NCBI RefSeq assembly: GCF_032191835.1
Contig: NC_083224.1
Span: 66,092,001 to 66,156,000 of the forward strand
DNA: 64,000 bases
Reading direction: 5' to 3'
Origin: Heteronotia binoei
Lineage: Eukaryota
Under the pieces are notes generated by a model. It did not search any database. It worked only from the letters and a program-made list of their open reading frames with translations, and was not told where the DNA came from. The position numbers were made by a program, and so were the translations under genes. This document shows, piece after piece, positions 47,428 through 58,573 of this stretch. How positions within the stretch are numbered: the first letter of the stretch is position 1; the number at the start of each line of letters is the position of its first letter.

Positions 47428-49260
47428 TCAGAAACTGATTTTCCAGGCAATCAGTCGTAGAAGTCCCAGATTGTGGTGCAAAACCTTGCTTTCTTGTTGG
47501 GAAATCAAGTCCTGAACTTGAGGAAGTCGGAGGAACGTGCTGTCCGAGAGGAGGAGGAGAGTGGTGAACCAAGGTTGACGGGGCCACCACGGTGTAATCA
47601 GGATGCAATTGGTCCGATCTAGCTTTATCTTTTGCAATACTCTCGTGATGAGAGGAATTGGTGGAAATAGATAATGTAGTATCCCGGACCATTGATGGAG
47701 GAAGGCGTCCCCCGCAGACAGTGGGGATGGAGGACCCTGAGTGTAAAAGTGCGGACACTGGGCGTTGTCTGGAGATGCAAATACATCTACTTTCGGAACT
47801 CCGAAGGTCTCAAACACGGCGTGCAGGTAAAGACGGTTGAGGGCCCATTCGTGATCTTTGACTAGATGACGACTCAGTGTGTCTGCTTGGACGTTTTGGA
47901 CTCCTGGCAGATGCACCGCTGTCAGGAAGATGCCAGTGCCATAAGGATAGGGCTCATTTGCACAGACGAACAGAGGCTGTGCCTCCCTGCCAATTGATGC
48001 AGAAAACAGTGGCTACATTGTTGGAGGTGACCTGAATGTGGCAATTGTGAAGAGACAGTAGAAAGGATCTCAGAGCTCTGTTGACCGCCAGGAGCTCTAG
48101 GCAATTGATGTGAAGGGATCTCTCATACTCGGTCCACTGTCCCTGAACTGTCAATGTTCCCAAGTGGGCTCCCCATCCCCACTTGGAGGCATCAGTCGTG
48201 ACAATCATAGAGGGCGGTGTTCGTATGAACGGCATTCCGGCCAGGAGATGACGATCCACCGTCCACCATTTTGGAGATGGGATAATGTGAGATGGGACCG
48301 TAAGTAAAGTCATTTGATGTTGCCATTGTGGATTATATGTCCGGACAAACCACAGTTGAAGAGGGCGCATATGAAGTCTTGCAAAATAGAGGACGGCGGT
48401 GGTGGCCGCTATGAGACCTAACATCTGTTGAAAGTTGAAGGCTGTTTGTGTACGGTGCATGATTATGGTATTGGCCAGGGATTGGATATGATGCACTCTG
48501 TCTGCTGGAAGGTAGGTAGGCCTTGTGTGATAGTCAACAGACGTGCCCCTATAAATTGTATGTTCTGAGTGGGATTCAGGTTGGATTTTGCATGATTGAC
48601 CTGAAGACCTAGTGCAGACATGAGGGACAGAGTAGACAAAATGTCCTTCTGAAGTTGTTCTTTTGTTTGAGATACGACCAGCCAATCGTCTATATAAGGG
48701 TAAATGGAGATCTGTTGTTTCCGGAGTATGGCTGCCATCACTGCGATATATTTTGTGAAAATTCTCGGTGCTGTCAAAAGACCGAAGGGGAGAGCGCGGA
48801 ATTGATAGTGTTGATCTCCGATAGCAAACCTGAGGAATCTTCTGTGATGGTGATTGATGGGGAGATGGAAGTAGGCATCTTGTAGGTCTATCGACGCCAT
48901 CCAGGCCTGAGCTGGAATCAGTGGTAGGATAGATTGCAGAGTAATCATGAGGAATTTTTTGTAGCGAATATGGAGGTTGAGTTTTCGAAGATTCAGTATA
49001 GGGCGCTGCCCCCCATCCCTCTTTGGAACCAGAAAATAGCGGGAGTAAAATCCCGTGTGATGGAACTGCGGTAGAACTGGTTCTATAGCTCCCTTGTCCA
49101 GTAAGGCGGCGATTTCCGTTTGAAGTGGAACAGATGGGGGTGTAGGTATGAACCTGTGGAGTTTTGGAGTCGAATTGAATTCTATGATGAAGCCCCTGTG
49201 GATGATCGCCAGGACCCATGAATCCGATGTTATGGATTCCCACATGGGGTAGAATAGTCG
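47428..49260 (-). pseudogene. DIRS #2 RT-RNase H-methyltransferase-like ORF (two frameshifts)
   Basis: IDLQDAYFH, LPFGL, YIDD; TDASKWGWGA, INCLELLA; ADTLSR, DVFAS, YLFPPI, distributed over ORFs 48463..49539, 47954..49243 and 47428..47916. Confidence 0.9.
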
Positions 49261-49315
49261 TAGTCTGGTGGTGTCTGAATGGTGTTGTAACTGATTGAGA
49301 GGTAGGAGAGAGGAG

Positions 49316-51584
49316 TCAAAGAGACTGCTTTGGGGCCGGTGTTGTCTCCTTTGAGGTTTGTGGACGTGCTCTTTGCTGAAATGGTTGTTTTGCTGGAGGA
49401 GCCTTATGTTTCCAGAATTCAGCTTGGCGGGGAGATTGGGAACGTTTGTAGTATGACGGTTTCCAGGTTCTCTGCCGATTAGGTTGGGATTGCTGTTGAG
49501 TAACTCCCAATCTTTTGGCCCTTTCCCTACTGTCATCAACAGTGGTTAAAATATCATCTGTGGTGGCATTAAAGAGACCCTGTCCGTCAAAAGGTAAGTC
49601 CTCTATCTTGAATTTGATGTCAGGTTGCAGTGAAGAGGACCTGAGCCAGGCATGACGGCATAGAGCAATCGATGTAGCCATAGTCCTAGATGAGCATGCA
49701 CAGCATGTCACACTGTATTAATTTGTTGCTTGCTGACATGAGAGAGCTCCTGAAGGATGTGCGAAGCCTGCTTCTGTGCTGCATACGGTAGGGAGGGGAC
49801 CAAGGTATTAAGTTGGGAGGTCAGATTGAAAGCATATGCCGAAAAATAGGCCAAATAATTGTGAATTTTGGAAGTAGCAGTGGTAAGCGAATAGATCTTT
49901 CTTCCTAGAGTGTCCAATTTCTTCCCTTCCTTTTCAAGCGGGACCGGGTGTCGTGTTTGTTTGGATTTTGAGGATGAATGAATGATCATGGAATTTGGTG
50001 CCGGATGATTTAAGAGAAATTTTGATTCAGGAGCATGAATTTTGTAGAGGGATTCAACTCGTTTAGATGTCAGTGGCACTGAAGCGGGTTTGTCCCATGC
50101 CTCTTTCAAGGTTTCCAAGTGAACTGGAAGCATCGGGAGAGAAGAGCCTGCTGGCAGGTCTGCATGTACCAAATCATGGACTACATCCGAAACTCTAGGT
50201 GCGTCAGTAGTTAGTTTAATATTGAGTGAATTTGCCATGTTGGATAGTAAATCTAGGTAAGATTTAGAACCCTCTGAGGGTGAGAGGTCAGCAGGTTTGA
50301 TGATGTCAGAAGCTGGTGAAGGAGGAGCTGAGGCTGTAGAATGGGGGAATCTGACTGTTCCGCTTCAGATTCTTCCTGAGTTTCAATGGGTGTATCAATG
50401 GGCTTGGTAGGCATTGATATCTGTTTGGTCAATAGGGGAGGCTGTTCCACCTGTTGCTTAGGAGAGACTGAGCACACCGAAGTCAATCTAGCTGGAGACA
50501 CTGGTTTTGATACCATAGTGTAATGCTTAGGGCGTTGATAGGGACTTTCATGGGGTCGATAAGACATGTCCTCACGGTACCGAGGACGATCCTCATGGTA
50601 TATGTGCTCCCGATGTGTAGGATGATAAACCACCTCACGGTACTGAGGGTCTTCACGGTACCGATACCGATGGGAATCCGAGGAAGGTAATCTATAATAT
50701 CGTTGGTACCTGCGAGGAGATGGTGATCTGGACCGCGATGGGCTATAATAGTAATAGCGTTCCCTATGATGACTTCGAGATCTCTCGGCTCGGACCCAAG
50801 TGGATGGCTCTCTCGGTGTCGAGGGTTCTCTTAAGAGTGGAGATGCGGGTGTCGCTATCTGTTGCTTGCTAGGCGTCTACTAGGCATTGAAACTTCCCGG
50901 AAGGAGTGTGCGGCGAGAAGGTTAGCACGCTGACTTCTGTGTGATTCTGGAGATTCGGTGTCAAGGATATTTTCTGGCAAAGACCCATGAAGTGATGGGG
51001 GCTGAGAATGGATATGGACGACCTCGAGAGGTACAGTATCGATGGATGCCGAGACCTCCAATGAAGTCGGTGCTGTCTGTATCGAGGCCGAAGTACAAAC
51101 AGTCGGGTGCGATGTAGAAGTCATGGTGGGAGACTTCGAATCCGAGGACCTATGGCCTGTCTTAGATTTGGTCTTCGGTGGATGTCGAAACCGAAGGGTC
51201 TATAGAAGTCGATTCTGCGCGATGTTTCTTTCTAGAATCGTCACACTTCTTTGAGTGTTTCTCGAACTTAAGCTTGCTGGGAACCGAAGCCATGGAAGCT
51301 GCTGGTCGAGCCACTTCCTTTTGAGTAGATAGGGAAGATGGCGAGGTTTGGGATCCCGAAGTATGGGACATAGTAGGGCGCAGTGACAACGCCAACAAAT
51401 GACTTCTGAGTCTAGCCGCGTGGTTTTTTCTTGCTTGCTTTCCAAATTGACTACAATGCAGGTAAGTGTTGGTGAGATGGGCCTCACCCAGACAAAAAAG
51501 GCATAAAGAATGTCCGTCTGTGGATGGGATTTTTGAGGCGCACCTAACACACTTCTTAAAAGTGATTTTGTCTTTCCCTTCCAT
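49316..51584 (-). pseudogene. DIRS #2 gag-like ORF1 (fragmented)
   Basis: ATG 51584, Cys/His cluster FKKCVRC...CLFCLGEAH, RS/RY-rich middle, LAP2alpha-like RTMATSIALCRHAWL...DLPFDGQGLF. Confidence 0.85.
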
Positions 51585-52029
51585 CTTCCCGGGGGAGGGG
51601 GGGCAGGGATGAAGGTAGAAAGAGGGTAGAAAGATATTTTTTTTTAAACGATACCGGTGAAGTTGGAGAAAGACAAACGGTGAGGAGAAAAATGCAGGAA
51701 AAACAGGTGAAGATCGCAGTGAATAGAGGAGACTCAATGAGGTAGGTGTATCCTGGGCGGCGGTAAAGAAGAAACTGGGTGGTAAAGCGCCTCCCTCTCG
51801 TCTAGGCATATGCAGTGGATGCCTCCTCCCCGGGACGAGAGGAAGTGCGCGCCAAAATTAACGCTCTAAGATTGCTTTGAATTCTCTGATGTCGGGATCG
51901 ATCCTGGCGGATAACCCATGTGTGGGACTGCACAGAGACCACAATGAAGATCCAAGAGTGCCTCTTATCAGCTGCATCTAGTTTTTCCACTCTCTGATTT
52001 TCTTATGTCTCAGATGATCTGGCCATGCT

Positions 52030-52260
52030 GACACATGCTTTTTGTAATCTTGTGGCTGGAATATTATAATTAACTCTAGATTGGGTTGCTTTTGAAGACA
52101 ACCTGGAAACAAGCTGATTCAGAATGTGGCAGCACAATTACTATCAGGGGCTAGAAGATGGGAACATCTTTCCAGTATCCTAAGGCAGCCATGTGGACTG
52201 TCAGTTTGTTTCCAAATCCAATTTAAAATGCTTTAAAGCCCTCTGCAGCCTACAACTCAC
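52030..52260 (+). mobile_element. Old L2 fragment
   Basis: ATAACTCTAGATTG...CTGATTCAGAATGTGGCAGCACAATTACT (SRLD...LIQNVAAQLL-like), then LHW/FK-like remnants. Confidence 0.5.
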
Positions 52261-53313
52261 ATATTGACTCCAACCATACATCCCATATATGGGTTTCAGG
52301 CTATCACCTACTGTCTGCTCCAAACACTTAAAATAGCTCATCTGACATCAAACAAAGAGCACCCATTCCCTCTACACTGCAGCTCTCCTTTTGTAAAACA
52401 GAAATATTTAGACATTTTCAAGAGATGCTGCAAGCCTATTTTATTTGTCTGGGTTTTTAATGGAGTAAGCACAGCAGGCATCAGGGGGCAGTTTTTATTT
52501 TTTTTAATTAGGATTTATAAGATACATCTTGACCCACAAGAAAGGTAGGATATAATAAATATTATAAGAAAGATTCCTAGGGCAAGCTAAATTTCCTTCT
52601 TTGCTAATGGCTAAGGATTTTTCAGTATTCCTCCCAAAGTTTAGCTCTAGCTATTTTAATGAATTTCAGGAGTTTTCTACTCAAAAATCAACCTTCCACA
52701 GCAGCCCCTCCCCTGCTATTTTGCTGCCTTTTACGTTTCCCCTCAAGAGAGGCTGAAGTCTCTGAAGCACATTCCTGCTTAGTGACTCATCACTGGTTGG
52801 AGCCGAGTGTCTGTGAAGAGATGCAGAAGGAAGGAGTGTCCTGAGAAAGCACCATCAGTAGCTGAATGCAGCTGAAATGGCAAGGTCTTCTGTTAGTCTG
52901 TACCTCACTCTTTGCAGAGGAGGCTAAAATGTGCAGCACTACAAAACAAACAGATTTCTGCATTCTGCCATCAATACAAACCACGGCTAATGAAGGCTAC
53001 AAGTAATATTTAGGATTTTAATTTAGCACCCTAGCAACAAGCTAGTTTGCTAACCTACATTTAGACATCACTAAACCAGAGTTTAATGAAGTCACAGTTT
53101 ACATGATGCCTGAATGCAGCCCACGGCACAAAACTAAAGATACCTTAATATTTATCTTTGTGCTCAAAATAGCTTGAACATAAATTTTATAGCTTTGATT
53201 TTGTTCTTGTTTATTCTTTGGGTGGTTATGTGAACACATGCACACCTGCCAAGTCAACACTGGCTGCAATACAGCATAGAACATGCAAAAGGTGGTGGCT
53301 GGGAGGGGCAAGG

Positions 53314-53501
53314 TTAGGAATGGCAAGTCAATAGAAGCTTGGAAATTCCTGGAGATTTGGGAAGGACCTCAGCAAGATAACATCCCATAAAGTCTACCCT
53401 TTTCTCACAGTTATTTTCTCCAAGGCAATTGATTGCTGTAGTCTGGAGATCAGTTGTAATTACAGAAGATCTCCAGGCCTCACCTGGAGTCTGGCAACCG
53501 T
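53314..53501. mobile_element. Degenerate TAGGGTTGCCA-type hAT MITE
   Basis: Ends GATCTCCAGG...CTGGCAACCGT, similar to the TIR class at 1095-1852. Confidence 0.45.
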
Positions 53502-54021
53502 GGGGTAGATTAATGTGACATTAAAATATAGTAAACCAACCCATGCCCATACATCTAACTATAACCAAAAATTGCACAAGGTAAGCATGTAACTTATACT
53601 GACAGAAGATAACTGTTAGGAACCCAGAGAAAGAATCTGTATCACTATTCCAGCTTAATGAAAGCAGTATAGTTGTTGTTCCTCAGGATTTCTTCACAGA
53701 AACATGTTGAAACATGACAGCTAAAACAAGAAATTCAAGTCCCACCACTCTTCTCTGATAGAATACAACTTCTATTGAGATAGGATAGTCTTATATTTGT
53801 AATATTCAAGGTGATCAACCACAGAACTGTTCATGTCTGAAGTCAACTTTTGACGAGGAATGCTAAAATGCAAAGTAATACATAGTATTTGCAATGATAA
53901 TACTGACAAAATCCAAACTGCAACACCACTAAACTTAAGCATTACTGTATCTTCAGGCAGAAACAAAGGGAAGCACCTGAAGTAGCACTATAAATTTCAG
54001 CTCTGTTTTAATACAGCGTAC

Positions 54022-54120
54022 CTTTAAGGCTTCTATGACAAGATCTCTGGCTTCTAGTTCCCCTTCAAGAATGCTGAATAGCATCAGTAGTTCAGGTTTG
54101 CTCAGCTTTTCCAGATTCAT
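54022..54120 (-). CDS. CTTNBP2NL: CTTNBP2NL coding exon 1 (33 aa; exon extends to 54129 with 9 nt of UTR)
   Basis: MNLEKLSKPELLMLFSILEGELEARDLVIEALK. Acceptor TTTTTCAG|GTGTTCAAGATG and donor AAG|GTACGC. Confidence 0.95.
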
Positions 54121-54517
54121 CTTGAACACCTGAAAAAGTAATAAGTTTACTGGTGTTATATATGTGTGTGTGTGTGTAGTCTCTCTCTCCTCTCCCCACT
54201 CTCTCCCCCCTTTCCTATCTCCATTTAGTCTAAACTCAACAGGGTCAGAGAATAACTGATTACAAAAGTGACTGTTTTCATCTTGCTTTGTCAGTAGATC
54301 ATAATTTGGGAATAGTTCCTACTTATACAGATTGGATTATTTGCTCTTTTGTCTGTATTTCTGATGTGGGGCTCAGGTTCAGTAGTTCTGCAATGCAGAA
54401 CTTTCCTGTTCAGAACCTTTCAGCTCCAGTTAGAAAGATCATGTAGGAAGCAATGCAAATGACTTGGACCTGAGATTCTAGGGAGCTGCCAACAGGCAAG
54501 ACTAGATATGGCTGACA

Positions 54518-54731
54518 GGGGAGGGACGGTGGCTCAGTGGTAGAGCATCTGCTTGGGAAGCAGAAGGTCCCAGGTTCAATCCCTGGCATCTCCAAAAAAG
54601 GGTCCAGGCAAATAGGTGTGAAAAACCTCAGCTTGAGACCCTGGAGAGCCGCTGCCAGTCTGAGAAGACAATACTGACTTTGATGGACCAAAGGTCTGAT
54701 TCAGTATAAGGCAGCTTCATATGTTCATATG
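54518..54731 (+). mobile_element. tRNA-derived SINE with CR1-like tail (Squam3-like)
   Basis: A box GGTGGCTCAGTGG, B box GGTTCAATCC, tail ...TATAAGGCAGCTTCATATGTTCATATG. Confidence 0.85.
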
Positions 54732-57700
54732 AACTCGACAGACTGTTTAATGTGTTCAAGAAATCACATGATCTCATTTTAAATTTGTATTCTCTCTCTT
54801 GTCCTGCTAGGTCTTTTGGTCCCATTCTGTAGCAATGTATAACCCACCCCCATCCTTTGGTTTATATCTGTAATACCTGTGTTTATCTGTGAGTACATAC
54901 ACATGCAAGTTTTTAAGGTGCCACAATACTCTTGTTTTCACTGCAAGTTTAACATGGCAATTCCTCTAAAGTTTAACTACTGTCTTTAAACAGCAACCAT
55001 AATGACTACATTTATAATACAATAAAGCATGCACTACCTGAAAGGTGCAGGTTTCCAAGTTTTCAGATTAGAAGCTGTACTACTAAAACACACATAGCAG
55101 CACAAGTTCTTTTTTTATGGCTGCTATAATTATTCACAAAAGAGCTATCATTCACCTCTTCCCAAGAACTCACAAGCATATGCTGGCTCAGATGGCCAGG
55201 GTACAACACAAATACTAATGCAGCTGCCTTCCAGTCACTGAGTAGCAGCCAAGCTAACTATGGTCATAAAAGTGTATATTTTAAAAGTAGGGTGTGTTCA
55301 GCATCTGGACCATAAAGCTAAACTATCCCACTAAGAACTTTCTATATAATTCTGAATAAAGTGTTTGGAAGACCTTAGCTACACAGAACTTAGCTCATCT
55401 AACAGTAATATAGGGAAACAGTTATTTCCATTTCATTGCTTACTTTAACTAATTTAAGTATTTCAGAGTCCTAGGGATTCAGTCATGTTGCAGTAATGAG
55501 AAATCATGTTCCTGTTTTATCGAGTCTGAAATACAAAATTTTAGTGGTCACTGCACTGTAAGTGTATAACTTCAAAACAACAGTGGTGCCTAAATTTAGC
55601 CTTTACCACACACCTGAGCCTAGCTAATATGAGTTTGTTAATACTGAGAGAGTATGCTCACAACCTGCTGTAGATACTGTAAAGTCTAACAAAGCACAAT
55701 GGCTTGCACTCTTAGATAACCTGCTTCAGTGCATCTAAGTAAAGAGTGCACTGCATTCAAAAGGCTTGACAACTACCACTACTTCAAAAGCTGTTTGCAT
55801 AACATAAACCAATGATAACACAGCTTTAAGGAATAGTATTTCTACAAGAACTGTTCTACTGACAGAAGAAGCTTCATGAGATGAGAATTCCACCAAGTTT
55901 GCCCATATTGACTCAAGAGTGTTGTCTCTCTAAGACTGCTACGAGTTGAAGTTCATGGTAACATGCTAGGTAAAAGCATTAAAGATTTCAAAGGCTAGGA
56001 TAAGACGACACATTGCTGATTTCATTGCAGATTATTTATCAAATGAGAATAAACTATGGCTCCTTCATACTGTAGCTGTTCTGAAATCTGATGTAAATAG
56101 TCATTACAACTGTCATCATAGTATGTGTGTTCAGTGCAGCAGATAAATAAGGTGACTGTCTAGGGGAAATTTAAATGGCTTGGAAAACTCATAAATGTCT
56201 GGTTTCATAATTTCTAACAAGACCAGACATAGCTAAATTGCTGCCGACACAATGAAGGAGGAAGTATGCTGCTTTAAAACAGTACCAGACACATAGGATA
56301 CTTTATTTCCCCTTTACTGAAACCCTTCCTTGATATATTAGAGTGTAAAAGTTCATAACTTCCTAGCAGTTTCAACAGGCCCTTGAATGCAGTCATTTTA
56401 TAAGAAGTGAACAATGACGGAGTCAGAGGCTAGACCTTAGTTTAGTTAAAAACAATTTAAGAGCTACTGCTGAAGTTAAAAATACACTTTGGTCCATCTG
56501 TAGAGAGTATATGATCTTTAAAAATAGTATGCCTACTAAAACGTTTTGAGATCTAATTAGCTGAATATGACCAGATATTGCAAACATTTTAGGACACAAA
56601 TCTAAAACTTATTAACATCTCCAAACCGGGAACACTATTCTACATTGCACATTACAGCTGCTTCTTGCACTTAACAGTATGTCTGCACTACACAGGGGAG
56701 AAACTCTTATGATTTTAACTATTGTTAAACTAAGAAGAAAGTGCAGGAGAACTGTATTTGCATACCAGTGAGCTACTCCTTCCCAAAAGGCAGCCCACAG
56801 TTTTTAATCATAGTTTCATCCCTCATTCCATGGCTAGACATTCAGTGGCACCCTGAAACTTAAGGGTTTTTTTTTTAAAGCATGTACATTGCTACCACAG
56901 GGAAGCAATGCAGTAGTTCTAAGCCAAATGTTTAGAACTGCAGGAGTAAAAAAAAAGCAACCTAAATGAAATAGGCTTGCCTACATATACAGAAGCTTCC
57001 TGTGTGAAACAGAGCAAAAATGGACAAAAGAGAAGGGAAGACCGAGGAAAATGAACATCAGTCACTTATCCTACACATGGCAATCATGGCCATGCACAAG
57101 TTAGTTCAGGATTTTGGCCACTATCTTTCTCCCTTCAACTATGTCTTCCATTCTCCTTTGGTGCTCTATTTTTCCCTTATTACTCTCTACCAAAGGGATG
57201 CTTTAACTTCTAGAATCAGTCTGATCCTGGCATGCCTATTTCATTTCTTTCTCTGAAAGATCTCATACCTTCACTAGCCACTCAAGAAGTATTATTTTTT
57301 TTAAGGGAAGTCTGCCAGGGTTCAAAGGCAGCACAAAATGAACAAAGGAAAATAACTTATGGACACTTACATAGTTTCATAAATTTTTAGAATAAATCTT
57401 GCAGCTGAGAGAAGCAAAGCAAAACATAATCCAATACATATTTATTCAAAAGTCTCACTGTGTTCAGTAAGACTTACTTTCAATGAAGCATAGACAGAAC
57501 ATAATGCAGGCTGCAGTCCTATCAAAATCTTGTAATACAGACATGTTCCTTTTTCTCCCAGGAAAACGAACACCATTTTAGCTCTGAAAACCATTACATC
57601 TTGAACTAGACTATCTGAAATTATATTGGTATGTTCAATTTTATCATGAAATTTCAAGATACCCCTAGCAAAAAGCACAATAAAATGTTGTAGTCAGAGT

Positions 57701-57890
57701 ACTGTTTTTCAACACACAAACACAAAAAAAGAACCAACATTCAGACAACCCTGGAGGCATTTATGGAAACTGCTCTGCCATTAATAAAATCAGTGGGAAA
57801 TATAAAATCAGAAAATAAATACACAGATATTTCATAATTAATTCCCATCTACTATGAGTATATCCTAGGTATTCTAATTCTACAAGCATT

Positions 57891-57955
57891 TAGCCTGAGC
57901 CTGCTTTGGTGGGGAGGGCGGGGTATAAATAAAAATTTATTATTATTATTATTTA
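57891..57955 (+). mobile_element. Isolated L2-type 3' tail
   Basis: CCTGAGCCTGCTTTGGTGGGGAGGGCGGGTATAAATAAAA(TTA)n, possible ATTTAG TSD. Confidence 0.7.
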
Positions 57956-58275
57956 GAAAAAATATAAACCATTTACAATGTGGGGAGACAATGCTATTCA
58001 TCTGCATCTTCTGCTGAGATGCAAAATCAATAGCACAGGTTGGAGGAAAACAGTCAGGTGACTCCTCCTCCCCAATATTCACATTCTGCTTTTCCCTTAA
58101 AAATGTTTAAATGTTTTATTGGGCAGTAAGTATAAAGAAAATATATCATGTTTGTGAAGCAGGAAGTGAGAAAATCCAGCCTTACTGGATACTAGACAAA
58201 ATCATCACCTATTTAGTCAAGCCAAAAAGTTAAGAGTCCAATCAAAAATTACCTAAAGAGTTGTGATGAATTCAG

Positions 58276-58573
58276 CAGCCCCATAGCACACAGTGGTAAA
58301 ACTGAAGTACTGCAGTCCAAAGCTCTGCTCACCTGAGTACAATCCCAGCGGAAGCTGGGTTTTCAGGTAGCCGGCTCGTTGACTCAGCCTTCCATCCTTC
58401 CGAGGTCGGTAAAATGAGTACCCAGCTTGCTGGGGGGGGAGGGGAAGTGTAGATGACTGGGGAAGGCTATAGCTAAGCACTCTTTTAAAAATTCTGCTGT
58501 GAAAATGTTGTGATGCGACATCACCCCAGAGTCAGAAATGACTGGTGCTTGCACAGGGGACCTTTCCTTTTCC
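58276..58573 (+). mobile_element. Sauria-type SINE
   Basis: Same family as 5857-6166. Exact 14-bp TSD TGTGATGAATTCAG at 58262-58275 and 58574-58587. Confidence 0.9.

Larger units (their letters stand above)
46860..51951 (-). mobile_element. DIRS1-type retrotransposon #2 (~5.1 kb), YR largely deleted
   Basis: ITRs ~46891-47071 / 51768-51951, ICR 47141-47236 with TTT junction, gag fragments, RT YIDD, RNase H and MTase-like domain. Confidence 0.95.

Noticed and set aside
54523-54596. tRNA-like sequence with A and B boxes ending CTCCA
   Set aside because: It continues into a SINE body and CR1-type tail, so it is a SINE head and not a tRNA gene. The same applies to the heads at 43654 and 63966.
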